Shown in pieces: positions 29,563-39,847 of a DNA stretch of 64,000 bases. Location: assembly GCA_050173015.1 (NCBI GenBank), contig JBFXLE010000010.1, forward strand, positions 1 to 64,000, given 5' to 3'. Made by a program: the position numbers and the translations under genes. This DNA is from Calditrichaceae bacterium (GTDB lineage Bacteria > Calditrichota > Calditrichia > Calditrichales > JBFXGD01). How positions within the stretch are numbered: position 1 is the stretch's first letter; every line of letters begins with the position of its first letter. Below the pieces are notes generated by a model that had not been told where the DNA came from, did no database searches, and saw only the letters and a list, made by a program, of their open reading frames with translations.

Positions 29563-31224
29563 TCAATTTACAATCACTATTGTATCGGAAAGGATAAAAC
29601 TTTTGTAAAGGCTCCCTCCCGCATACGTTCCGTCCTTATAGAGCCCGTCCGTAGAAGTTCCGGAACAACTGCCACCTGTGTAAACATTGTATGAGGTTCC
29701 TTTAACAAGTGCTGATGATGAAAAGGCAACGGACTGGTATGATTTTGCGGGACCAAAGGTTAAAATCTCTTCACCGCTTTGGGATTCCATATGTATTAAT
29801 GTCCCGGCGTCTTTTATTGAGTTGAAGTTTACAAGAATACAATATTGTTCCGATGATGCGCCTGGAGCTTTTGTCATTCCGGAATAACTACCCGCCGCTA
29901 CCAGAAATCCACCGTCCATCTCAAACGTACCATCATAATCCAACGCGCTGCTTGATGTGTCTGAAGAACCGCTGACGAGTAAAGTCCCATCGGTCATTAA
30001 TATTGAAGAGTTTGCGTCAATGCCATCACCAACCGCGTTTACTACGATATACCCTCTGTTAATATAAAGATAGCTGCCGCTCCGCGCCGCTAAGTTTATG
30101 CCGTCGTCACTTGAGACAATGTGTATCTCACCGCCGTTTACGGTAATATCCCCATTGACGCTTTCAATACCTTCAAATGACTTCGCAATGTTAATATCCC
30201 CGCCGTTTATAAACAGATCGTAATCGGCATGAATAGCATCATCATCGGAAGAAATAGTCAGGATACCATCATTGATTGTGACCAGGCCATCGGAATGAAT
30301 TCCATCATCACCGGAATTTATTGTGATTGTACCTCCATCAACAGTCACACTTATAGATCCATTGATTCCTTGTCCACCGGATGATATAGTAATTTCTCCG
30401 GAACCGATATCCACATCTTTTTCAGCGGCTATGGCTTCACCACCGGCAGTTATGTCAATGACACCATTCTCAATAGTGATGTATCCCATTGAAGCGTCAT
30501 CGGCATTATCGGATTTCAAACCAATACCGGCGGCATCCACAGTGATATTTCCATCTTTCACAATCAGATAATCTTTTCCCCTGACACCATCATCCGCCGC
30601 GTGGACCCGGATTGTTCCGCTTGTAATTATCAATCCGTCTTTACCGGCAATACCGTCATTAAAGTTTCCGTTGACCGTTAAGCTGCCAGTTCCATAGAGA
30701 GTAAGATCAGCTTTACTGAAGACAGCGGCATTGGGTTCAGCCACATCCGTGTTTGCAAAAGTATATGAAGATCCGTCCGTCAAATAATTTTCTGAATTAT
30801 CCGCAAGAACGATCATTACCTTGGCTGCCTTCTCAACATACACAGGCGCGTATGTCGAGCAATTGATATTCGCGCCATTTAAAATGAGCCTGACAATTTC
30901 TTTATCATCGGTATTCACTATTATCCGGCCATCTTCAAGTGAACCGCTTAAATTATATGAACCCGCCGATGTAATCGCTAAGATGCTTCCCTCCGCGATG
31001 GCGCCGTTTCCATCAACAGTAATCCTGTTTCCATTGAACCTGATCGGAATTTCTTTAGAACTGTCCCAGATATAATCTCCCGCATCATCATGACTTTTAG
31101 CATCATCAACAATTGTGGTTTCGCTTCCCTCTGCCTCATCTTCCGCATTTATAGAATTTTCACAGGCGATGAATCCTGTAGTTACTAAACTAAATATCAG
31201 CAATAAATTTATTTTGTTATACAT
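29563..31224 (-). CDS. Carbohydrate-binding domain (Cthe_2159/DUF4353) beta-helix lipoprotein
   Basis: Lipobox FIAC; ITSAGSYNLSGS, VRLILNGA, repeated DDGI/DDAIH/EGIES/DGID beta-helix rungs. Confidence 0.88.
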   Translation of the reverse strand: MYNKINLLLIFSLVTTGFIACENSINAEDEAEGSETTIVDDAKSHDDAGDYIWDSSKEIPIRFNGNRITVDGNGAIAEGSILAITSAGSYNLSGSLEDGRIIVNTDDKEIVRLILNGANINCSTYAPVYVEKAAKVMIVLADNSENYLTDGSSYTFANTDVAEPNAAVFSKADLTLYGTGSLTVNGNFNDGIAGKDGLIITSGTIRVHAADDGVRGKDYLIVKDGNITVDAAGIGLKSDNADDASMGYITIENGVIDITAGGEAIAAEKDVDIGSGEITISSGGQGINGSISVTVDGGTITINSGDDGIHSDGLVTINDGILTISSDDDAIHADYDLFINGGDINIAKSFEGIESVNGDITVNGGEIHIVSSDDGINLAARSGSYLYINRGYIVVNAVGDGIDANSSILMTDGTLLVSGSSDTSSSALDYDGTFEMDGGFLVAAGSYSGMTKAPGASSEQYCILVNFNSIKDAGTLIHMESQSGEEILTFGPAKSYQSVAFSSSALVKGTSYNVYTGGSCSGTSTDGLYKDGTYAGGSLYKSFILSDTIVIVN

Positions 31225-31252
31225 TCATACCTCTACCATTATACCGTTCATT

Positions 31253-31930
31253 CTAAATCTGTTCTTCGTCAAAGAAGAGATTGATATTTTTTACACCATG
31301 TGAATTATCCAGGGCGCTTATAAATTCCGGGTTCTTATCCTTGTTCTTCAACCTGACATAATAAGATAGCTCCATTATACCCTGATTTTCTATGGTTCGT
31401 GTGTTGATCACCTTATACCGCCGGCAATATTTCTCCAGGATTGGCATGTAAGATTGGGGATCGCCGCCATTTGGCTGAAAAGAGAACTGCAGTAAATAAT
31501 CATCCTGCCGCGGAGAAGTAATTTTCGATTTTGCCAGTAACAAAATAATTATCCCGACAAACACGGACCCAAAGATGGCAAGTTTATAATATCCCACACC
31601 GGATGCCATACCGATCGCCAGCGCAAAAAAGATAAAAACTATATCCTGAGTATCTTTAACGGCCGTCCTGAAACGAATAATTGACATGGCGCCAACCAGT
31701 CCGAACGCGCGGGCAAGATTGTTACCAATAACCATGATAACAATGGCTGTGATCATTGTAAGAATGATCATTGAATTAACAAAAGCCGCCGAATACCCGG
31801 CTCCGCGATAGGATTTTTGATAAATATAGGCGATAAAAAGCCCGCAACACAAAGCGACGATAATGTTTTTCATTATTTCAAAAATTGATACAGGAAACAG
31901 GTTTAGACTTTGCATTTCATTAAACATCAC
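31253..31930 (-). CDS. DUF4956 membrane protein
   Basis: VIGNNLARAFGLVGAMSIIRFRTAVKDTQD signature. Confidence 0.92.
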   Translation of the reverse strand: MMFNEMQSLNLFPVSIFEIMKNIIVALCCGLFIAYIYQKSYRGAGYSAAFVNSMIILTMITAIVIMVIGNNLARAFGLVGAMSIIRFRTAVKDTQDIVFIFFALAIGMASGVGYYKLAIFGSVFVGIIILLLAKSKITSPRQDDYLLQFSFQPNGGDPQSYMPILEKYCRRYKVINTRTIENQGIMELSYYVRLKNKDKNPEFISALDNSHGVKNINLFFDEEQI

Positions 31931-32705
31931 AGCACTCCCTGCTTATAATCACATTCCGCCTCCTTACGCGTTTATTTTTAAACTCCGCGTGTGTTTCCAG
32001 AGACATGGTGTATTTTGACAATGCCTGCCGGTTGAAGCCATATTTGCTGATAAGCGAAATGATCCAGTTGGGCAGACTTCCAAAAAATTTTATTTCAAGA
32101 ATGAAGTGGTTGGTCAATGTAGATTTAACCTTATCTTCATTATAAAGCTGCTCCAGATCAGGAAAAATAACACTGCGTAGATTTTTATCAAATGTTAAAC
32201 GCAAAGAAGGATCCATTTTTCCAATAAAAGCTTCACGATCGTAAATAACCAAAACGACCGGACGCAGATTTTTTATGTAATAATAATAAAGAAATTTCCG
32301 CGCGTCTTTTTTCTCCGCCCCATTTCCACTAAACGACAGTACAAAATCATCTATGCGTCCTGAGGCTAGTGTTTTGGCAACATCAGTGTAATAAATCGGC
32401 ACCCTGATTTTCGATATACAATTTGTGTTTTTGTGTTTTATTTCCAGAAAAGTTATACTCTTTTTTGAACACTTATCATAGCCTCTGATTCGGTATTTAT
32501 TTCTGATTTTAACACCATCCAGTTTTTCGTTATAACAGGTAAACTGCGGTGTATCATAATAGATGCTTCTTACCGTGTATTGTCCGTCGCCGTGTCTTTT
32601 TGCAAAATTATCCAGCTCCATATAAGGACTCAGCTCTGTCCTGAGCTTATCAATAAGCGTGTTAGGGACTAAATATTTATATTCATATCTCGAATCCATG
32701 GTCAT
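31920..32705 (-). CDS. VTC-domain (polyphosphate polymerase/CYTH-like) protein
   Basis: RYEYKY, YTVRSIYYDT, KYRIRGY, FLEIK, LRLTFD, ILEIKF, SKY. Confidence 0.92.
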   Translation of the reverse strand: MTMDSRYEYKYLVPNTLIDKLRTELSPYMELDNFAKRHGDGQYTVRSIYYDTPQFTCYNEKLDGVKIRNKYRIRGYDKCSKKSITFLEIKHKNTNCISKIRVPIYYTDVAKTLASGRIDDFVLSFSGNGAEKKDARKFLYYYYIKNLRPVVLVIYDREAFIGKMDPSLRLTFDKNLRSVIFPDLEQLYNEDKVKSTLTNHFILEIKFFGSLPNWIISLISKYGFNRQALSKYTMSLETHAEFKNKRVRRRNVIISRECCDV

Positions 32706-32707
32706 TC

Positions 32708-33766
32708 CTAATTTAAAATAATCTGTTTCAGGTAATCCGGAATGGACAGCGGGCCGCAGTTAATTTTTGCCGGCGTAAACAAACCGGAAATAAAGTCATT
32801 TGATATTGAATTAACAGTCGCCAAAACGATAATACACTGTTTCCCGCCGATGAGCTGTAATACCGGCTGCGTCGTCTGAACTTCACCCGATAATCGTGAT
32901 TTTAGTTCAGGTGAATCAAATAAAACAGTACCGCCCTTCGTGACAAAAGCAGCGTTCTCCAGCGGAACAGGGATACAAGCGACCGCCGAATCAAAATTTG
33001 ACAAGACCAGAAGCGTGTCATCGGAAAATGACCTTTCAACGCGGCCACCAAATGGCGAAATAATCAGATTTTGCGAATTTATCTGTTGTTTTAAAAAGGA
33101 AATCTCATTTTCAACCGCGTTAATTTGTTTAGTCAATTTGTGTATTTCCTCAACTTTCTCACCACTCATGCTCGATTCCAGTTCAGCCTGCCGAACGTTT
33201 ACGGCTTTTTCCAGGGTATTTAATTCATCGGCGGCTATCTGGTATTCTTCCCCGGCGATTAGATCTTTATCAAACAATTCCTTAAGCCGCGCGGTAATTT
33301 TTTTCTGTTTATCTAATTCCGATTGGGCCATGGCCAGCCTTTCTGCCGCCTCCCGCACTTCCGTTATTTTGTCGCCACTCATGCCTGCTTTTAGGGTTGC
33401 TTTTAATATTTGGAGTTCACCTTCCAACTGAATAAGGTTTTCATGCTTATTGCTGGAGTAGATGATACCAAGCGTATCTCCCTTCGCCACAATCTGTCCG
33501 TTTGAAAGATCCGGATTCAGGGTTAAAACGAATGATTCGCCCCTTTCGAACGAAGTAAGCTGATATGAATTATTTATTCCGCTGCTAAAATTAACCGTGC
33601 TGTTCAAAATCTCCCCGCCATTACCGCGGGACAATACCCATTGTTGAGCGGGCAAAATTTTTGCGACACTGTCTATGGAATAAGGCACTTTAATTGGCAA
33701 AAAGAAAATACCCAAAACAGTGAGAACAATGATGAGGATACTTAGATAACGATTATTTTTTTTCAA
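32708..33766 (-). CDS. HlyD-like membrane fusion/adaptor protein
   Basis: N-terminal TM, GQIVAKGDTL lipoyl half-motif, long coiled coil, IISPFGG; TTG start. Confidence 0.75.
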   Translation of the reverse strand: MKKNNRYLSILIIVLTVLGIFFLPIKVPYSIDSVAKILPAQQWVLSRGNGGEILNSTVNFSSGINNSYQLTSFERGESFVLTLNPDLSNGQIVAKGDTLGIIYSSNKHENLIQLEGELQILKATLKAGMSGDKITEVREAAERLAMAQSELDKQKKITARLKELFDKDLIAGEEYQIAADELNTLEKAVNVRQAELESSMSGEKVEEIHKLTKQINAVENEISFLKQQINSQNLIISPFGGRVERSFSDDTLLVLSNFDSAVACIPVPLENAAFVTKGGTVLFDSPELKSRLSGEVQTTQPVLQLIGGKQCIIVLATVNSISNDFISGLFTPAKINCGPLSIPDYLKQIILN

Positions 33767-33834
33767 TTTAGTCAGCCTTTTTAGTTTTTTGGCAATAAAT
33801 CCCTAAAATAATTTTAACATTATTCTAATAATTA

Positions 33835-33861
33835 AGACGTTGTTTGGTGAGAAAACTTGCG
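33835..33861 (-). promoter_or_regulatory. ECF sigma promoter motif
   Basis: CGCAAG-N16-CGTCT upstream of 33766. Confidence 0.75.
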
Positions 33862-33899
33862 GGAGGTTTTAATTTTAATAAATGCTATTTGTTAGCCAG

Positions 33900-33932
33900 A
33901 AAAAAGAGCCCTTCATCAATGAACAAAGGGCC
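33900..33932 (-). terminator. Probable terminator
   Basis: GCCCTT/AAGGGC stem with T tail on the - strand. Confidence 0.55.
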
Positions 33933-33961
33933 CTGGCAAATGATCTTAATAGGGTATTGAT

Positions 33962-36283
33962 TTATTTCATCAATATCATCCGTTTTGTTTCTGAAAGGGA
34001 TCCACTCGTCAGCATATAAAAATAAATGCCGCTGGGCATATTTTTAGCATCCCATTGCATGACATATGTTCCTGCGGAGAGTTGTTTGTTGACAAGTGTT
34101 GCCACCTGCTGCCCTGTAATATTGTAGATTTTTAAAGATGTAAAGTTTGAAGAGGGCAACTTGAATGAAATATTCGTAGTTGGATTAAATGGATTGGGAT
34201 AATTTTGCGAAAGGTTAAACTGATCAGGTAGTTCTGATATCTGATCATCAGGAATACCGGTGATTCCGTCATTGTTCTCTGCTGAAAAAGTGGGACTCAT
34301 TTGCACAAAAGATCCTGTCCCATTTGGATAACGGCCGGTTGATATATCGTCTGTTTGTTCTCCAAAACTCACTTCATCAATAATTGTTGTATCACTACCC
34401 GATAAGTAAATAGTTTCACCGGAGCTTGAAATTTTTAGATCCGCATGTAATCCTGCCTGATCTTCATCTTTATCCGCCCAGACAATTAAATATCCCTTCG
34501 CAGAAATTGTTGTATCAGGAAAGGCCCAGAGAGACAGATCATTGCCATCATCTGATAGAAAGTATCCATTTAATGAAATATCCTCATCGGAATTATTATA
34601 GAGTTCAATCCAGTCGTCGTATTCTCCATCCTGGTCTGTTACTGTGGTCTCATTCGAAGCCATAAATTCATTGATAACCAATTCAATAGCTAATGGATCG
34701 GAACTGGTGGCAATAGTATAGAATTCATATTGTGCCCGTTCAGGTGAAAACTGCCCTGCATTGTCATTTTCGGCATAGATATAATATTGAACCTCCGAAT
34801 TGTTGATTTCCAGGTATGTACCATACGTGCCATCATTGGCGGATCCGTCACCATGTGCGCCGTCATCATACATTTCTACTAAGCTAAAGGGAGCTATTGT
34901 TTCATTTCGATAACCCAGATATACCGCGTTTCCATCTGCCACGGAAGCAGAGATTGCAATGGTTTCGTTAACCGCGGGACTTTCATCCGACAATGCAATA
35001 CTTGAAATCGTGGGTGCTGTTTCGGTGAAATCAGAAAGCGCCAAAAGGTAACTACTTCTTCCATTCATCAAATTGGTGATGCCGGGAAAAGTCATGCTTT
35101 GCGGACCAAAACCGCTAATTATATCGGAAGTTAAATTATTTAGAAAATCATTGTAGGTAAAGAATTTATTTACATCAGCCCGAACGGAGGCGTCGATTAA
35201 TGATTGAAATGTTAACGCGGTGTCATAGTACTCCCCATTGTCAAAATTTTCTAAAAGCATGGTTTTGTAATGAGCGAGGTACATACGCTTGTACATTGGT
35301 ATGCTTAGCAATTGTTTAACTAATGGGAAATTTGAGTCAGAAGAATGGAGCAAGTGACTCATCTGCTGTTTCGAAGATGTCGTGTTTAGCGTTGAAGAGC
35401 CTGTTTGTGAGAATACCCCAAAAGACTCATTCAAATCCCAAACTATCGGCAAAAATTGTTGATACTCACTTCGGTATAAATAATAATTTTGAGAAAATAT
35501 GCCAATGTAACTATCCAGGTTTACGATTGCATTGTCGAAGGCAAGCATCCACAAGGCTCTGTCCACATCTAAAATATTTTCAATGTCTGAGATATTGTAG
35601 CTTAATGTATCACAAAGGTCTATCAACTCCCGCCAGCCATAATCCGATTTCATTTCATAGGCATCGTAATAATCTGTGCTGTCTTGACCAAGGTATACCA
35701 GATTGGGGTAATTACCTGATTGTGTAGGTGCGCCATCAGGCGGGCTGCAATCGAAATAGGCATTGTCGTTAGAGCCAAATCGGCTCTTAGCAAATTTCTT
35801 TGAAATGGATTCGGTGTTGGTGTAGAGGCCAATTAAGGTTCCGTTCACGTAAAGGTTGGCAAAATTGGAAAGCGGCGCATCCATGTATTTTCTGATGATG
35901 TAGAAACCCAAAACATCGCGCAAAAACGAGGGATCGTTGTATCCATTGGCCAATTTGATATCAGTGTATCCATCATATTCATGGTCTTTGTAAGTATCCA
36001 GCTCGATGTGCCATGGATTTTTTACCTGATCGGCCCTATACGAACTGTTGCCTTTGTATTTTACGCCAACGCTATCGAATACTTCTCCATTGATAGTAAC
36101 ACTTTGAGCCATTATGTAATCTCCGTCTTCGGAATATTGAGCATCCAAAAGTGCATCCCAATTGCTTTCCGCAAACGTAATTTCAATCGTTTGAATGGTC
36201 TCTAAATCGTAAAAATCCTGACTATAGATATTTGTTGATATTATTAGAAAAACAAAAACAGTTAAAATGTAGATATTTTTCAT
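33962..36283 (-). CDS. Secreted CotH kinase with lamin-tail domain and C-terminal T9SS-type-A/FlgD-Ig secretion domain
   Basis: Signal peptide; VGVKYKGNSS, NLDSY...NYYLY...PIVWDLNE; MYDDGAHGDG..DGTY; LVINEFMASN...DWIELYN (LTD); QNYPNPFNPTTNI...SGIYFY. Confidence 0.9.
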   Translation of the reverse strand: MKNIYILTVFVFLIISTNIYSQDFYDLETIQTIEITFAESNWDALLDAQYSEDGDYIMAQSVTINGEVFDSVGVKYKGNSSYRADQVKNPWHIELDTYKDHEYDGYTDIKLANGYNDPSFLRDVLGFYIIRKYMDAPLSNFANLYVNGTLIGLYTNTESISKKFAKSRFGSNDNAYFDCSPPDGAPTQSGNYPNLVYLGQDSTDYYDAYEMKSDYGWRELIDLCDTLSYNISDIENILDVDRALWMLAFDNAIVNLDSYIGIFSQNYYLYRSEYQQFLPIVWDLNESFGVFSQTGSSTLNTTSSKQQMSHLLHSSDSNFPLVKQLLSIPMYKRMYLAHYKTMLLENFDNGEYYDTALTFQSLIDASVRADVNKFFTYNDFLNNLTSDIISGFGPQSMTFPGITNLMNGRSSYLLALSDFTETAPTISSIALSDESPAVNETIAISASVADGNAVYLGYRNETIAPFSLVEMYDDGAHGDGSANDGTYGTYLEINNSEVQYYIYAENDNAGQFSPERAQYEFYTIATSSDPLAIELVINEFMASNETTVTDQDGEYDDWIELYNNSDEDISLNGYFLSDDGNDLSLWAFPDTTISAKGYLIVWADKDEDQAGLHADLKISSSGETIYLSGSDTTIIDEVSFGEQTDDISTGRYPNGTGSFVQMSPTFSAENNDGITGIPDDQISELPDQFNLSQNYPNPFNPTTNISFKLPSSNFTSLKIYNITGQQVATLVNKQLSAGTYVMQWDAKNMPSGIYFYMLTSGSLSETKRMILMK

Positions 36284-36355
36284 TGGTCTTTATCCTTATT
36301 TGTTATCTTATTTGACATCCGAAGCCTTTTATCGAAATGAATCGAAATTTTAAGT

Positions 36356-37576
36356 TTACTCATGCCTGAGCGCCTCAATAGGATCCAGAGCCGCGGCCTT
36401 ACGCGCCGGATACCAGCCAAAAAAGACTCCGATAAACGAGCAAAAAAGGAATGACAATAAAATGGACTCCATTGTAATCAGCACCGGCCAGGCCATGATA
36501 TTTTCAACAGTGTTCGAAGCCAGTATACCCATGACCACACCAATAACGCCTCCGGTTACACTCAACAAAACAGCTTCAAGCAGGAACTGCATTAATATAT
36601 CTTTGCCTTTGCCGCCAATAGCCAGTCTAAGTCCTATTTCACGGGTGCGTTCGGTGACGGAAACATACATGATATTCATGATACCAATACCGCCCACAAC
36701 CAAAGATATCGCGGCGATTGATCCAAGCAGCACCAACATCATTTCGGAAATGGATCCAAATGTACTGATCAATTCAGCCTGAGTCCTTATTTCAAAATCA
36801 TTGTCTTCACTATCCTTTAATTTATGTGAAAGACGCATATTCTCTTCAATCTGCGCGGTTGCCTCATCGATGTACTCTTCAGAGACAGCGGAAGTGACAA
36901 TCGCCCGCAAATAGGTCTGCCGTGTAATTCTTTTCATAACGGTGGTGTAAGGCGCCAGCATGATATCGTCCTGGTCCTGGCCAAAGGTATTTTCTCCTTT
37001 TTCTTCCAGTACACCGATTACTTTAAACGGTATTTTTTCAAAGCGGATGGTTTGTCCGATCGGATCAATATCGTCGCCAAATATATTCTCGACAACAGTC
37101 TGTCCAATCACGACAACTTTTGCGGCGTTGTTTATTTCCTGGGATGAGAATGAACGGCCGCTGGCGATATCATACTTTTTGATATAGTTATATTCCTCGT
37201 TTCCACCATTTATTTGAGTCGGCCAGTTATTCGTTCCAAAGATAACCTGACCGGAACTTTCAACTTCAGGCGATACAGCTTCTAACAGACTGCTGTTTTC
37301 ACGAAGAATGTCCACGTCTTTCAGTACCAGGGTTTGCGACATTGCACGTCCCTGCTGAACCCCGCCCCTGTCTTTGCTTACAGGCATTATGTTAATAAGA
37401 TTTGTACCCATGGAAGATATTTTTTCCTGGATACTGGCATTGGATCCTTCTCCGATAGCAAGCATGGCGATAACCGATGCCACTCCTATAATGATTCCCA
37501 GCATCGTGAGAAACGAACGTGTTTTGTTTCTTTGAATAGCTGCTATGGCAATTTTAATTATAGTTAATATTTTCAT
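36356..37576 (-). CDS. MacB/FtsX-type ABC transporter permease
   Basis: RSFLTMLGIIIGVASVI, GGIGIMNIMYVSVTERTREIG, PARKAAALDPIEALRHE. Confidence 0.95.
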   Translation of the reverse strand: MKILTIIKIAIAAIQRNKTRSFLTMLGIIIGVASVIAMLAIGEGSNASIQEKISSMGTNLINIMPVSKDRGGVQQGRAMSQTLVLKDVDILRENSSLLEAVSPEVESSGQVIFGTNNWPTQINGGNEEYNYIKKYDIASGRSFSSQEINNAAKVVVIGQTVVENIFGDDIDPIGQTIRFEKIPFKVIGVLEEKGENTFGQDQDDIMLAPYTTVMKRITRQTYLRAIVTSAVSEEYIDEATAQIEENMRLSHKLKDSEDNDFEIRTQAELISTFGSISEMMLVLLGSIAAISLVVGGIGIMNIMYVSVTERTREIGLRLAIGGKGKDILMQFLLEAVLLSVTGGVIGVVMGILASNTVENIMAWPVLITMESILLSFLFCSFIGVFFGWYPARKAAALDPIEALRHE

Positions 37577-37602
37577 TTTTAATTCTCGTTTTATACTTAT
37601 TA

Positions 37603-38370
37603 TTATGCATCAACTAATGTTTGAAGAATGGCTTCTTCTTCTTTTAAATAATCAAGCGCCCGCAGGGCATTTGTTTTTGTCTCTACCTGTATATCGTTAA
37701 TTATTCGGCCGTCCCGGAAAACAACATTTCTTTTTGTAAAATCCGCGATATCGGGCTCATGAGTTACAAAGACTATGGTTATCCCGTTTTCATTTAACTC
37801 CTGGAGCAGAGCCATAATCTCGTATGAAGTCCTGGTGTCCAGATTACCGGTTGCTTCATCGGCCAGAATCAGTACAGGATCGTTTACCAGCGAACGGGCG
37901 ATGGCCACACGCTGCTGCTGTCCGCCGGACATTTGATTGGTAAGGTGATTCATACGGTCCGCCAGACCGACTGCCTCCAACGCGTACTTCGCTTTTTGGC
38001 GGCGTATTTTTGCGTTAATCTCAGGATTGTACATCAACGGCAATTCCACATTTTCCAGGGCAGTGGTTCGCGGTAACAGGTTATACGACTGAAACACAAA
38101 ACCAAGTTTAGTACTGCGTATCTCCGCCAATTGGTTTTTATTAAGTGATTTTACGTTCGTACCATCAAGCCGGTAGTCGCCTGATGTTGGCCTGTCGAGA
38201 CAACCAAGAATATTGAGCATGGTTGATTTGCCGGATCCGCTGGCGCCCATAATGGCCACAAATTCACCCGCATTTATTGTTAGGTCAACACCGCGCAGCG
38301 CACTGACTATTTCAGTCCCCACGGGGTAATCTTTTTGAAGATTTTCTATTTCAATTATTTTATTATTCAT
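37603..38370 (-). CDS. MacB/LolD-type ABC transporter ATP-binding protein
   Basis: [37 protein letters not shown]. Confidence 0.95.
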   Translation of the reverse strand: MNNKIIEIENLQKDYPVGTEIVSALRGVDLTINAGEFVAIMGASGSGKSTMLNILGCLDRPTSGDYRLDGTNVKSLNKNQLAEIRSTKLGFVFQSYNLLPRTTALENVELPLMYNPEINAKIRRQKAKYALEAVGLADRMNHLTNQMSGGQQQRVAIARSLVNDPVLILADEATGNLDTRTSYEIMALLQELNENGITIVFVTHEPDIADFTKRNVVFRDGRIINDIQVETKTNALRALDYLKEEEAILQTLVDA

Positions 38371-38430
38371 TTTTTTACAATTCTTAATTTTTGTCAGGTT
38401 TATGTTTATGAATTTTTAATTTTCTAACTG

Positions 38431-39708
38431 TTACCTGCCCGGGCGTCCCGGACCTTCCTGGACAAACGGGCTTTGTGTTTCTTCGCTTTTTGTAACACTA
38501 TCGTCCGTGTCGCCGCCCATTTCCATGGAAATTATAACCTGGTCACCTTCATTCAATCCCGAAATTATTTCAACGCTTATACCATCCGTTAAACCGGTTT
38601 CTACTTCAACAGGCTTGATAAGCGATCCGTCTTTAACCCAAACACGTTTGATGTTTTCAGGTTGCTCATTGGGAGCTTCAGTTTGTCCCGCTGTTTGCTG
38701 TGAACCGCTGGCAGGGCGTTGCGGACGTTCACTCTCCGGAAGTCTGTCGAAATAGCCGGCCATTTGCTCGCGCTCAGGTGTAAAACGCAAGGCTTTTCCC
38801 GCTACCACCAGCGCGTCTGTTACTTCTTCGATATAAACGGTGATACTGGCCGTCATGCCCGGTTTTAATTTTAGTTCGGGGTTCCGCGCCGAAACGATCA
38901 CGGTATATGTGATAACATTTGATGTTTCCGTTGGTTGTAACCTTACTTCTGTAATAACACCTGCAAAAGTTTCATCGGGAAAAGCGTCTACAGTAAATTC
39001 CACCCGCTGTCCTTCTTTTACCATACCGATATCTGCTTCATCCACATCGGCTTCAACCTGCATTTCCGAAAGATCATTGGTGATAGTAAACAATTCAGGC
39101 GTGCTCATACTGGCTGTAACGGTTTGCCCTTCTTCAACCGCGCGATTAAGCACAAGCCCGTCGATAGGTGAATAAATATTGGCATAAGCCAAATTTAGTT
39201 GTGCTTTATTTAAATTGGCATTGGCCGATTTTAAGCCTGCCTGGCTTTTCTTATAATTATATTTGGCCAGGTCAAAATCGCTTTGTGACAACAAACCTTT
39301 TTCAAAAAATTCTTCATTCCGCTCAAAGCCGGCTTTTTGATATTCAAGTTCAGCCTGCGCATTGAACAAATCCGCTTCAGCGTTTTCCAGGCTGGATTGA
39401 AGTGTGGATTTGTCGAGTTCGGCAATCAATTGCCCCTTTTCGACTTTCGAATTAAAATCCACATAAATCTTTTCAATAACACCAGAAACCTGGGTTCCAA
39501 CAACTACCGTATTTGTTGCTTCCAGGGTTCCGGTAGCGGTGATGGTGTTGTTTACCGCACCTTTCGCTACGGTTGCTGTCTCAAAAACGTATTCGCTCGA
39601 ATTGATTCCCTCATACAAAAAGGCAAAAGCATATGTGGCTAAAAGAAGGACAGCCATAATGGTAATGATTCTTTTGTACTTTAGTAATATATTTCTCATA
39701 ACATTCAA
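38431..39708 (-). CDS. MacA-like efflux periplasmic adaptor subunit
   Basis: VGTQVSGVI...VDFNSKVEKGQ, IYSPIDG, VDEADIG, LKPGMTA. Confidence 0.93.
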   Translation of the reverse strand: MNVMRNILLKYKRIITIMAVLLLATYAFAFLYEGINSSEYVFETATVAKGAVNNTITATGTLEATNTVVVGTQVSGVIEKIYVDFNSKVEKGQLIAELDKSTLQSSLENAEADLFNAQAELEYQKAGFERNEEFFEKGLLSQSDFDLAKYNYKKSQAGLKSANANLNKAQLNLAYANIYSPIDGLVLNRAVEEGQTVTASMSTPELFTITNDLSEMQVEADVDEADIGMVKEGQRVEFTVDAFPDETFAGVITEVRLQPTETSNVITYTVIVSARNPELKLKPGMTASITVYIEEVTDALVVAGKALRFTPEREQMAGYFDRLPESERPQRPASGSQQTAGQTEAPNEQPENIKRVWVKDGSLIKPVEVETGLTDGISVEIISGLNEGDQVIISMEMGGDTDDSVTKSEETQSPFVQEGPGRPGR

Positions 39709-39741
39709 CTCCTTAGGTATATTTTGTTTGTCTAAACTTAT

Positions 39742-39768
39742 AGACGTGAATTCAGAAAAAAACTTGCG
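39742..39768 (-). promoter_or_regulatory. ECF sigma promoter motif
   Basis: CGCAAG-N16-CGTCT upstream of the macA-like gene. Confidence 0.75.
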
Positions 39769-39790
39769 CGGGTAGCTAAAAAGGAAGTGT

Positions 39791-39830
39791 AAAAAAACAA
39801 AAAGCCTTTCATTTTTTGATGAAAGGCTTT
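39791..39830 (-). terminator. Rho-independent terminator
   Basis: AAAGCCTTTCA/TGAAAGGCTTT stem with T tail. Confidence 0.75.
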
Positions 39831-39847
39831 GCTACTAACAAATATGA

